A stretch of DNA of 36,445 bases from Deltaproteobacteria bacterium (GCA_016218805.1 JACRCW010000149.1:1-36445), one strand, 5' to 3'. Positions 1 to 8,666 are shown, numbered from the stretch's first letter. Notes: generated by a model not told the origin, from the sequence alone. Made by a program: numbers and translations.

Positions 1-1
1 C

Positions 2-1504
2 TCAGTGAACGGCGGGACGCCGATTGCGTTCTCGTACGACGACGACGGGCTGCTGACGCAAGCGGGCGCCCTGGTGCTCACGCGCGATGCGACCAATGGG
101 TTCGTGACGGGAACGACGCTGGGGAACGTGACGGATGCGTTCGGGTACAACGGGCATGGAGAGGTGACCGCGTACAACGCGCAGTTCCTGGGAACGACGA
201 TGTTCGCGGAGGGCTTTGAGCGCGACAACCTGGGGAGGATCACGACGAAGACGGAAACGGTGGTGGGGGAGACGCACGTGTACCAGTACGAGTATCATGT
301 GCGCGGTTGGCTGACGGACGTGTGGACCGATGGGGTGCACACGAGTCACTACGAGTATGACGCCAATGGGAACCGCCTCGCGCATACCAAGGCGGACGGG
401 ACGGTGGTGACGGCGGATTACGACGACCAGGACCGCATGCTGCGCAATGGAACGACGAACTACACGTGGACCAACAACGGCGAGATGCAGACCAGGACAG
501 AGACGCTCAGCGGCGCGGTGACGACGTATTCTTGGGATGAATTCGGGAATCTCGTGGAGGTCGTGCTGCCCGATGGAACGGACATCACGTACGTCATTGA
601 TGCGAGAAACCGCAGGGTCGGAAAGCGCGTCAACGGGACGCTGGTGCAGGGCTTCCTCTATGAGGACCAGTTGCGCATTGCCGCGGAGTTCGACGGCGCG
701 GGGAACGTCACGCGGCCGTTCGTGTACGCGCTGAGCCCCAACAGCCCGGAGATGATCCCGACGAGCAGCTGGACGTGGCGCGTGTTCAAGGACCACCTCG
801 GCAGTCCGCGGCTGGTGGTCGACGAGGGAAGCGGCGCGGTGGTCGCACGGATGGATTACGACGCGTTCGGTGTGGTGACGGCGGAGACGGGCGCGGGTGC
901 GGTGCCGCATGGGTTCGCGGGTGGGCTGTATGACCGGGACACGGAGCTCGTGCGGTTCGGGGCGCGCGATTACGACGCGGCGAGTGGCCGGTGGACTGCG
1001 AAGGAGCCGCTGCGGTTCACGGCTGCACTCAACTTCTATGAATACGCAGGGAACGATCCTGTCAATCGCGCCGATGCGACCGGACTCGCTGATGCAGCAA
1101 CGATGACCCAGGTTGCGCAGATCGTCGCTCTGTTGGTGTCCGGCGCAGCCGCCGTAAGCGGCGGGGTTGTCGCGCTGGCGGTCGCGGCACTGCCGGTGGC
1201 AGCAGTGGGCTTGGTCATCGTCGGCGCATTTGCGGCTGGGGTCGGGATCGGGGTTCTGGTCGCCCACTTTGGAGAACTGGCGGTCGAGGAGGCGATGGCC
1301 GTCGACACGGTCTCAACCGCCACAGTCTGCGAGGAGGAGAACGAGGAGGAAAAGGTCGAGGAGTGTGCGAAGAAGTCGGCCGGGGTGATGGCTCTTTGTT
1401 TGAGCCAAGGGAAGTCAACAGCCGTATGTTCTCGCGCCTACGACATCACCTTCGCAAGATGCATGCACTACCCGATTCCTCCTGAGTCACCGCTTCCGAA
1501 CTGA
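2..1504 (+). CDS. RHS/YD-repeat protein (5'-partial) with RHS core and ~138-aa C-terminal putative toxin domain
   Basis: YD repeats (YEYDANGNR, YDDQDR, YSWDEFGNL). RHS core motifs DHLGSPR, YDAFG, FAGGLYDRDTELVRFGARDYD, NDPVNRADATGL. Frame is open to the window edge. Confidence 0.93.
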   Translation, partial: SVNGGTPIAFSYDDDGLLTQAGALVLTRDATNGFVTGTTLGNVTDAFGYNGHGEVTAYNAQFLGTTMFAEGFERDNLGRITTKTETVVGETHVYQYEYHVRGWLTDVWTDGVHTSHYEYDANGNRLAHTKADGTVVTADYDDQDRMLRNGTTNYTWTNNGEMQTRTETLSGAVTTYSWDEFGNLVEVVLPDGTDITYVIDARNRRVGKRVNGTLVQGFLYEDQLRIAAEFDGAGNVTRPFVYALSPNSPEMIPTSSWTWRVFKDHLGSPRLVVDEGSGAVVARMDYDAFGVVTAETGAGAVPHGFAGGLYDRDTELVRFGARDYDAASGRWTAKEPLRFTAALNFYEYAGNDPVNRADATGLADAATMTQVAQIVALLVSGAAAVSGGVVALAVAALPVAAVGLVIVGAFAAGVGIGVLVAHFGELAVEEAMAVDTVSTATVCEEENEEEKVEECAKKSAGVMALCLSQGKSTAVCSRAYDITFARCMHYPIPPESPLPN

Positions 1505-1531
1505 GAATGGCAGTACCCGGGAGGATTGGTC

Positions 1532-1957
1532 ATGGCCCCCAAGCAGAAGGACATGAAGTGGGTCGAGAAGCTCACCGAGGGTGTTCACTTGGCAGCCGTC
1601 GATCCCGTCGCCGCAATCGGAGCGCTTCGGGGCTTGCTCGAGACGGTGGAAGCTGCGGGCAACGACGGAGCGGCGCACGCGGTGCTCGAGGTCCTCGTTG
1701 GGCTTCTTATCAACCAGAGGACGGAACTCGCCGACGCCGAACTGTTGGCGCTGAGGCTCGTTGAGCGATGCCCAGACAGACTCCACCTTTCATCTCTGGC
1801 GCGGGTGTGCCGGATGCGCGGAAATGAGAAGCAGGCGCACGAGTACGAGGAGCGGGCGCGCAGCGCGCCCAACAACCACTTAACGCCAGAGTTCCTGCGG
1901 GACTATGCGGAGGCGGTCCAAATGGCTGAAGAGGAGGACCGGCGAAGACGTCACTGA
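1532..1957 (+). CDS. Putative immunity protein (helical/TPR-like) for the RHS C-terminal domain
   Basis: Starts 27 bp after the RHS stop with GGGAGG SD at 1519-1524. Helical Ala/Leu-rich sequence. Immunity role is inferred from position only. Confidence 0.6.
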   Translation: MAPKQKDMKWVEKLTEGVHLAAVDPVAAIGALRGLLETVEAAGNDGAAHAVLEVLVGLLINQRTELADAELLALRLVERCPDRLHLSSLARVCRMRGNEKQAHEYEERARSAPNNHLTPEFLRDYAEAVQMAEEEDRRRRH

Positions 1958-2163
1958 CCTGTCTGCTTGGCCGCAGCGGTGACTCCATTCACGATCACCG
2001 TGCGGTGGGCTCCCTGGCGTCCTCTGTCTTCTTCTCCGGTCCACCCGCTGCGGCTGCGGTGCCGCGCTGGTCGCTGACGCCCGGCGGGAAAGCGCTCGGG
2101 CGTCACGGGCCATGCAGTCACTTCTCTGGCGACACTCACTGGCATGGCCCGGTCCGCCCTCGC

Positions 2164-2290
2164 TGTTCACATAATGCCTGGACGTTATCAGACGTGCCTC
2201 ACACCCGTGGCCGTGACCATGCATTTGACGACGTGACGGAGTGGGTCACGGCCCCGGGCGGCACATCTGATAACTGGCATTATGATGAAC
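2164..2290. repeat. Imperfect inverted repeat formed by two inverted dif-like (XerC/XerD) sites; candidate foldable recombination (att) site
   Basis: TGTTCACATAA-TGCCTGGACG-TTATCAGACGT (2164-2195) and ACATCTGATAA-CTGGCA-TTATGATGAAC (2263-2290) are inverted copies. Inner stem GGCCGTGACC (2209-2218)/GGTCACGGCC (2244-2253). ATAA-N6-TTATG core as in dif. Confidence 0.7.
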
Positions 2291-2764
2291 TTTCCCGCCG
2301 GGCTACCGCTTGTCGCGCTTACGCGCGGCCCCTTCGCCTCCGCGGGTGGACCTGCGCCGCATCTCCAACCAGCCGGAACTCTCCGCCCTGCGCTCCGCCC
2401 CTTGCGCCAAGGCGCTTCTTCCCGCCACCGAGTCCACCTGGGGTGCGCCTCGCCGCGCCACCTTCCGCGCACACTGCTGCCGCGCCCGCCGCGCCCTCAG
2501 CGGCAGATCTGCGGAGGGGGACCCTCCACCCGCACCGGCCGGGGCGCGGGTGGCAGCACCCTCCCGCCGTCAGCCCGCCGTTCACGACGGTGCCCAAGGC
2601 ACGCAGCCCGGCCTGGCGACGAGGTTGAGGCGCGGAGGCGGGACGCCGGGGAGGGCCAGCTCACCTCCGGCCGGCGCCGGGCGAGTCTCCCCTTGTGGGA
2701 ACCCGGTCGCGTGGGTGAGCATGTCGGCACTCAGCGTCGGCGTCCCGGCGGGGTCGGGAGCGCC

Positions 2765-3712
2765 ATGGAGCGGGCGAGCATGCGAGGGCTCATGGGTCGT
2801 GTGGGGATGGTCGCGGCCGCGTTGTGGGTCGTCTTCCACGCCGGCGAAGCGCGCGCGCAGTACCGGAACAACGGCATCTACTTTGAGGGCGGCGTCCAGA
2901 CCTACGAGTTCCTGCCGTATACGGTGGCGGCGTTTGCCTCCAGCCGCGCGGTCTATGAGACCGCCACCCAGGTGGAGAAGGCCGGCGGTCCGGCGCGGCC
3001 CAACTTTGTGCGTCACTGCGGGCAGATGAAGCCGTACGGCTTCCCGTGCGTGAACAACTGGTTCGGCCTGACGGATGGGCCGTACTTTGGCCTGGGCTAC
3101 CAGCGCGTCATCGGTGACCTGCTGGTGGACGTGTCGGAGAGTCCGCTCATCAAGAACATTGTGTTCAACTACGGGGCGCGGCTGGGCGGCGCGCTGACGT
3201 TGGCGGGCGGCGGGCACATGGCGCCGGTGTTCATTGTGCACCAGGACTTTGGCATCCGCTGGAACATCCTGGACGAGCGCATCCGCCCGTACGTGGGCGC
3301 GGGGTTTGGCTTCAATCTGTTTGTGGATCCCTTTGGGCTGGCGGGGCGCGTGCGCGCCAACAACGCGCAGTGCGCCAGCGGTGCCGGGTCCACCAACGCC
3401 GGCACGCCGGGTTACGTCCAGAGCGGCGGCGAGGGCTGCATTGCCACGCCCACCGGCGGCGACGTGTCCATCAGCGCGCTGGGGCCGTCGGTGAGTTCGG
3501 GCGCGGCGCTGTTCTACATCACCAGCTTCCCGGTGCTGCTCACCTTCCCGCGCCCGGAAGTGGGCCTGGAGTACTTCTTCATGGAGGACATCTCCGTGCA
3601 GGGGTACCTGAGCCCCGCGGTGTACTTCACGCTGCTCCCGCAGTTCCTGTTCCGCCCGCCGCTGGCCGGCCTGAGCCTGCGCGGCGGCGCCAACGTGGTG
3701 TTCTACTTCTGA
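2765..3712 (+). CDS. Outer-membrane beta-barrel protein
   Basis: Signal peptide ending ARA-Q, alternating amphipathic strands (RPYVGAGFGFN, VGLEYFF), C-terminal beta-signal NVVFYF. Start is uncertain (2765/2780/2792). Confidence 0.72.
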   Translation: MERASMRGLMGRVGMVAAALWVVFHAGEARAQYRNNGIYFEGGVQTYEFLPYTVAAFASSRAVYETATQVEKAGGPARPNFVRHCGQMKPYGFPCVNNWFGLTDGPYFGLGYQRVIGDLLVDVSESPLIKNIVFNYGARLGGALTLAGGGHMAPVFIVHQDFGIRWNILDERIRPYVGAGFGFNLFVDPFGLAGRVRANNAQCASGAGSTNAGTPGYVQSGGEGCIATPTGGDVSISALGPSVSSGAALFYITSFPVLLTFPRPEVGLEYFFMEDISVQGYLSPAVYFTLLPQFLFRPPLAGLSLRGGANVVFYF

Positions 3713-3734
3713 GGGCGGGCGCGCCCGCAGCGCC

Positions 3735-5138
3735 ATGCGCACGCAGAACCTTGCCATCCTGTTGACGGACATTGCCGGGTTCACCGCGGCCACAGCGCGG
3801 CAGACGCGCGAGCAGAACGCCGCCTGGCTGGCCACGCACGCGCAGCTGCTGCGGCCGGTGTTTGCCGCGTTCAACGGGACGGTGCGCAAGGAACTGGGGG
3901 ACGCGTTCCTGGTGACCTTTCCGTCCCCCACGGACGCGGTGCTGGCGGCCACCGCGGTGCTGGACCGCTTGTGGGCGTACAACCAGTCCGCTGCGGCGCT
4001 GATGCGCCTGAAGGTGCGTGTCGTCGTCAACATGGGTGAGGTACGCCTGGACAAGTCTGAGATCCTGGGCGAACCGGTGAACGTGGCGGCGCGCGTGGAG
4101 GACGTGGCGGACGGCGGGGACATCACGCTGACGGAGGCGGTGTACCTGACCATGAACCGCTCCGAGGTGGAGCTGGAACCGCTGGGGCCGCACACGCTCA
4201 AGGATGTCCAGGAGCCGGTGAACCTCTACCGCGTCAAACAGGTGGTCCCCCGCCCCGCCGAGGGCGAACTGCACGCGAGCTACCCCTACGGCGGCACGCA
4301 GCTGCACCGCGTGGCCGCCGCGGAGGCTGCACCGCCGTCGCGGGGCAATGACCTGCGCGGGACGGCGCGGGACCGGATTTCCGTCGTCAACGAGGCGTTC
4401 CAGCGCTGGGGCGGCGCGCGGCTGGTGGGGCGGGTGGCGGCGCTGCTGGTGCTGCTGGCCGGCGTGGGCGCCGGCGCCAAGATGGGGTGGGACACCGTGC
4501 AGAACCAGCAGGCGGATCCCTTCCGGCTGGTGGCGGACCGCGTGCAGGCGGGGGACCTGCCCGGTGCGTCCCAGGCGTGGGATGACGCCGACGAAAAGAA
4601 GGCCGAGCCGGCGTGGAAGCTGGACTACTACCTGGGGCGCATCAGCGCGCTGGAGGGCGAATGCGGCGACGTCATGGATGCGTACCGGCGCGCGGTGAAG
4701 GCGCACGAGCCGCTGGCGGAGGATGAGGCCCTGGCGCGTGACGTGGTGAAGTGCGTGGACACGGTGGACGGGAGCGCCGCGAAGTTCATCCGCAAGTGGC
4801 TGGGGAAGAAGGCGGCGCTGCCCTGGTTGCGTGCGGCCGCGCGTGACGGCACGCGGCCGGCCCAGGCGCGCCTGGCGGTGCTGTCCATGCTGGATGAGAT
4901 GGGCGAGCCCAATGCGGTGGACCAGGGCGCGGTGCTGGTGGAGCTGCTGCGCGGCGATCACCCGTGCAAACAGCGCCGCGAGGCGGTGCTGCGGCTGGCC
5001 GCGCGCCGTGAGAAGGACGCACTGGATGCGCTGCGCGCGGAACTGAAAGACAGCGAGGGCGAGGGGAAGAGGGTCAAGGCCAACGGGTGCCTGGTGGGCG
5101 CGCTGGGCGAAGCCGTCCGCACCATCGAGGGCGGCTGA
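3735..5138 (+). CDS. Class III adenylate/guanylate cyclase with TM helix and C-terminal helical-repeat domain
   Basis: LTDIAGFT, KELGDAF and GEPVNVAARVE catalytic motifs. TM segment VAALLVLLAGVGAG. TPR/HEAT-like C-terminus. Confidence 0.88.
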   Translation: MRTQNLAILLTDIAGFTAATARQTREQNAAWLATHAQLLRPVFAAFNGTVRKELGDAFLVTFPSPTDAVLAATAVLDRLWAYNQSAAALMRLKVRVVVNMGEVRLDKSEILGEPVNVAARVEDVADGGDITLTEAVYLTMNRSEVELEPLGPHTLKDVQEPVNLYRVKQVVPRPAEGELHASYPYGGTQLHRVAAAEAAPPSRGNDLRGTARDRISVVNEAFQRWGGARLVGRVAALLVLLAGVGAGAKMGWDTVQNQQADPFRLVADRVQAGDLPGASQAWDDADEKKAEPAWKLDYYLGRISALEGECGDVMDAYRRAVKAHEPLAEDEALARDVVKCVDTVDGSAAKFIRKWLGKKAALPWLRAAARDGTRPAQARLAVLSMLDEMGEPNAVDQGAVLVELLRGDHPCKQRREAVLRLAARREKDALDALRAELKDSEGEGKRVKANGCLVGALGEAVRTIEGG

Positions 5139-5140
5139 GC

Positions 5141-5146
5141 TAGAGT
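5141..5146 (+). promoter_or_regulatory. Putative -10 hexamer (TAGAGT) 8 nt upstream of the ATG; near-leaderless promoter
   Basis: TANNNT match in very GC-rich context with no SD before ATG 5155. The same layout occurs at ligD and at 36152. Confidence 0.4.
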
Positions 5147-5154
5147 GCCCGCCC

Positions 5155-7191
5155 ATGTCCGAGCTGATTCCCCTCCCGTTTGACCGTCTGTTGTCCCGCA
5201 TGTTCCGTGAGAAGGAACGCGAGCAGTGCGTGTTCGGCCTGCCCGTGGACAAGTTTGCTCCCGCGCCGTCGTCAGGACGGTCATGGTCCGTACGCTTTCA
5301 CGGGCATGATGCCGCCACGCCGCTGGGGCCGGCCGCCGGGCCGCACACGCAGCTGGCGCAGAACATTGTGCTCAGCTTCCTGGGCGGCGGCCGCATCATG
5401 GAGCTCAAGACGGTGCAGGTGATGGACCGCCTCACCATCCCGCGCCCGTGCATTGACATGCGCACCGCCGGTTACAACGTGGAATGGTCGCAGGAGCTGA
5501 CGCTGGAGCAGTCGCTGGAGGAATACGTCAAGGCCTCCATGCTGGTGGACATCCTGCGCGCGGCGGGCTGGCCGGAGTTGCCAGCAGCATCATGCGCCAA
5601 CGTGTTTGACATGAGCGTGGGGTATGACCTGGCGGGCATCCAGGGTGACCGTGTGCAGGCGTTCATCCGCGGCATGCAGGACGCCACCGCCGTGGTGGAC
5701 CGGTTGCGCGCGCAGCTCCCCGCCGAGTTCCGCCGCTACCGCGACCTGCCGTTCCGCACCCGCCTGTCCGACACGCTCACCCTGTCCACCTTCCACGGCT
5801 GCCCGCCCGACGAGATTGAGCGCATTGCCGCGTTCCTGATGGAACACAACGGGCTGCACGTCATTGTGAAGCTCAATCCCACGCTGCTGGGGCCCGGGGA
5901 CGCGCGGCGCATCCTCAATGACCAGCTGGGTTGGCCGGACCACATCCCGGACGAAGCGTTTGCCGAGGACGCGAGTTGGGACCAGGCCAGCGCGTTTGTG
6001 GGCCGGCTGGGGGAGCAGGCGCGCGCGCTGGGGCGCAGCTTTGGGGTGAAGTTCTCCAACACGCTCATTGTGGAGAACCGCGACACGTTCTTCCCCTCCG
6101 AGAAGGTCATGTACATGTCCGGCCCGCCGCTGCATGTGCTTGCCATGACGCTGGTGGGGCGGTTCCGCGCGGCGTTTGGTGACCGCTTCCCCGTGTCCTT
6201 CTCCGGTGGGATCAACAAGAGCAACTTCGCGGATGCGGTATCGCTGGGGATCGTTCCCGTCACCGTGTGCAGTGACCTGCTGCGCACCAACGGCTACGAG
6301 CGCCTGGCCGGCTACTTCAAGGACCTGGACGCGCGCATGGCGGCAGCGGGCGCGCGGGACCTGGACGAGTTTGTGGTGCGCGGGCGCGGGAAGGCGGAGG
6401 CGGCGCTGGCGCGCGCGGGCGCGGACGAACCACACACGCGGGCCTGCCGCGACGCCTTGGCGACGGGCGGCAACCTGCGCGCGGCCGCCGGGGAGGCGCT
6501 CTACGCCAAGTGGGTGGCGGAGGCGCGCCTGCTCAACACCGCGGACTACGTGGATGGACTGGCCCGCAACCCCCGGTACGCGCGCGCGCAGAACGCCAAG
6601 CCGCCCAGGAAGGTGGGGTCACACCTCACGCTGTTTGACTGTCTTACCTGTGACAAGTGCCTGCCGGTGTGCCCCAACAACGCCAACTTCACCTACGCGC
6701 TGCCCGCCGCGGAGATCCCGGTCCTCAAGGCCCGTCACGACGGGCATGCGTGGAAAGCGGAGCGGCAGGGTGCCCTGAAGACGGAGCAGAAGCACCAGAT
6801 CGCCAACTATGCGGACTTCTGCAATGAGTGCGGAAACTGTGACGTGTTCTGCCCGGAGGATGGCGGGCCGTACGTGGTGAAGCCGCGGTTCTTTGGCAGC
6901 CACGAGGAGTTCCGCCGGCACGCGCGCCTGGACGGCATGCACGTGGCGCGGCGGGGCGGCGCGCTGCACGTGCACGGGCGCTTCAACGCGGTGGAGTACG
7001 TGCTGGTCAGTGACGGCGGCCGGTCACAGTTCTCCGGCAAGGGGTTTGACGTGCGCTTCCGCGAGGACGCACCGGAGAGCACGCTGGAAGGGCAGGGCAG
7101 CGTGGAGGTGGACCTGACCTGGGCCGCGGTGATGCGCTGGCTGGGCAACGCGGTGATGGACGCACGCGCGGCCAACTACGTGAACACCTGA
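5155..7191 (+). CDS. YgfK-family Fe-S oxidoreductase-like protein lacking the central FAD/NAD(P) domain
   Basis: YgfK N-terminal motifs GPAAGPHTQLAQNI, ELKTVQ, RPCID, YNVEWSQEL, LSTFHGCPPDEIE, KLNPTLLG. Two 4Fe-4S motifs CLTCDKCLPVCPN and CNECGNCDVFCP. Confidence 0.8.
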   Translation: MSELIPLPFDRLLSRMFREKEREQCVFGLPVDKFAPAPSSGRSWSVRFHGHDAATPLGPAAGPHTQLAQNIVLSFLGGGRIMELKTVQVMDRLTIPRPCIDMRTAGYNVEWSQELTLEQSLEEYVKASMLVDILRAAGWPELPAASCANVFDMSVGYDLAGIQGDRVQAFIRGMQDATAVVDRLRAQLPAEFRRYRDLPFRTRLSDTLTLSTFHGCPPDEIERIAAFLMEHNGLHVIVKLNPTLLGPGDARRILNDQLGWPDHIPDEAFAEDASWDQASAFVGRLGEQARALGRSFGVKFSNTLIVENRDTFFPSEKVMYMSGPPLHVLAMTLVGRFRAAFGDRFPVSFSGGINKSNFADAVSLGIVPVTVCSDLLRTNGYERLAGYFKDLDARMAAAGARDLDEFVVRGRGKAEAALARAGADEPHTRACRDALATGGNLRAAAGEALYAKWVAEARLLNTADYVDGLARNPRYARAQNAKPPRKVGSHLTLFDCLTCDKCLPVCPNNANFTYALPAAEIPVLKARHDGHAWKAERQGALKTEQKHQIANYADFCNECGNCDVFCPEDGGPYVVKPRFFGSHEEFRRHARLDGMHVARRGGALHVHGRFNAVEYVLVSDGGRSQFSGKGFDVRFREDAPESTLEGQGSVEVDLTWAAVMRWLGNAVMDARAANYVNT

Positions 7192-7210
7192 CCGCACGGT
7201 TTTGACGTTC

Positions 7211-8617
7211 TTACGACCGCGGCTTCACAAAGCGGCGCCACCACGGCGTCCGATCATCGGGTCCCGGGTCGGTGGCGGCCGAGGTGCGCGTGGCCAGTTC
7301 CGCGCGCAGGGTGGCCCACGGAATGTCCTTGCGGGTGGTGGGCGCGTCCTCAAACCCCGACGCCAGGTTGAGACGCCGGGTCTCCTCCAGCCACTGCTCC
7401 ATGCGGCCGGCCGGCGTCTCCCGCGACGCGGGCTGCGCCGGCAGCTGCTTGACGCGCGAGGGTGCGGCGTCCGGGCCGGACCCCTGCCACGCGTCGGGGC
7501 CAGGCACGTGCAGGTCCAGGTCCGTGTCGGCGGATTCAAAGTCCTCAGGGCGCGCGGGCGCGTCCGGGTTCACGTACGCCGCCAGCAGCGGCATGGTGGG
7601 CGCAATGGAACGCGCATTGGCGGCGGCGGCTTCGGCGCGGGCCTGCCGGGCGCTGAACCGCATGCGCGCACACCACGCGCGCGCGTGGTCCATGCCCGGC
7701 GGGAACAGCAGTTGCAACAGCGCGGCCAGCGGCTCGCGCCCGCCCTGGTGTCCGGAACCGGCCGCTGCGGCCTCCAGGCCCGCGCGCAGCTCTGCCAGCC
7801 CGGCGCGGCGCACGGGGTCCGCCAGCAGCCCGCGCAGGCACAGCTCCTCCAGTGCGGCCGGGATGGACGGGTTGATGGAACGCGGCGCCAGCGGCGGTCC
7901 GCGGTCCATGGCCGCCAGCACGTCCGCCGCGCTGCGCCCGGCAAACGGCAGCGCGTCGGTGAGCAACTGGTAGAGGGTGGCCGCCACCGCATAGGACTCC
8001 ACCTTCGCGTCGCCCTCGCCGTGGCGGAGGATCTCCGGTGGTACCAGCGCGGCGCGTGACGGGAGCAACTCAGCCAGCCGCTGCTGCGTCTCCGCCAGGA
8101 CGTCCAGCGCGGCCACGCACGCCACGCGCACGCTCCCGTCATACCCCAGCAGCACGCTCTCCGGGCACACCAGCAACGGCGCGGGCCGGCCGCGCCGCGC
8201 GCGCGCCACCTGCGCGGCCTCCACGCCGCGGGCCGCCTCCGCCAGCACGTGCGCCAGCAGCGCCACGGGGATGGAGGCCTGGACCTGCCGGCACGCCTGG
8301 CCCACGGCAAGCAGGTTGCGGCCCTCCGTCCACTGCACCACCAGCACCGGGTCGTGCATGTCGCCAAAGACGTCTGATACCGCCAGCACGTTGTCGTGGT
8401 GGATGCCGTCGACGGCGGCGGCCTCGGGCGGGAGCAGCGCGCGCAACCGCGCATGGCTGCGCCAGGGCGCCGCAATGCGCCAGAGCAGCACGGGTTGTTC
8501 GTCACTGCCGGGGCGCGTGCGCACCGCCAGGAAGCTCTCCCACGCGCCGTGACGGCCGGCGGTACCCAGCACGGCCAGGCCGGGAATGGCGGGTGGGGTT
8601 GCGGGGTCCGTGGCCAT
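7211..8617 (-). CDS. Ser/Thr kinase-like protein (pseudokinase)
   Basis: Kinase-fold remnants: IHHDNVLAV, VVQWTEGRNL, PESVLLGYDGSVRV, VPPE, LYQLLTDALPF, PSIPAALEELCLRGLLADPVRR. VAIK, HRD and DFG are absent. Confidence 0.75.
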   Translation of the reverse strand: MATDPATPPAIPGLAVLGTAGRHGAWESFLAVRTRPGSDEQPVLLWRIAAPWRSHARLRALLPPEAAAVDGIHHDNVLAVSDVFGDMHDPVLVVQWTEGRNLLAVGQACRQVQASIPVALLAHVLAEAARGVEAAQVARARRGRPAPLLVCPESVLLGYDGSVRVACVAALDVLAETQQRLAELLPSRAALVPPEILRHGEGDAKVESYAVAATLYQLLTDALPFAGRSAADVLAAMDRGPPLAPRSINPSIPAALEELCLRGLLADPVRRAGLAELRAGLEAAAAGSGHQGGREPLAALLQLLFPPGMDHARAWCARMRFSARQARAEAAAANARSIAPTMPLLAAYVNPDAPARPEDFESADTDLDLHVPGPDAWQGSGPDAAPSRVKQLPAQPASRETPAGRMEQWLEETRRLNLASGFEDAPTTRKDIPWATLRAELATRTSAATDPGPDDRTPWWRRFVKPRS

Positions 8618-8666
8618 GCCGGCGCGGAGCATTACCACGCCGGTGCAACGCGCGGGGACGGGTGCG

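Noticed and set aside
2164..2290. Classical integron attC site
   Set aside because: Size and palindromy fit, but the ends lack RYYYAAC/GTTRRRY boxes. The arms match the dif ATAA-N-TTATG pattern instead.
2282..2764. 161-aa N-terminal extension of the barrel ORF and other ORFs in 2005-3029
   Set aside because: Pro/Arg-rich and non-gene-like. The signal peptide only begins near 2765-2807.
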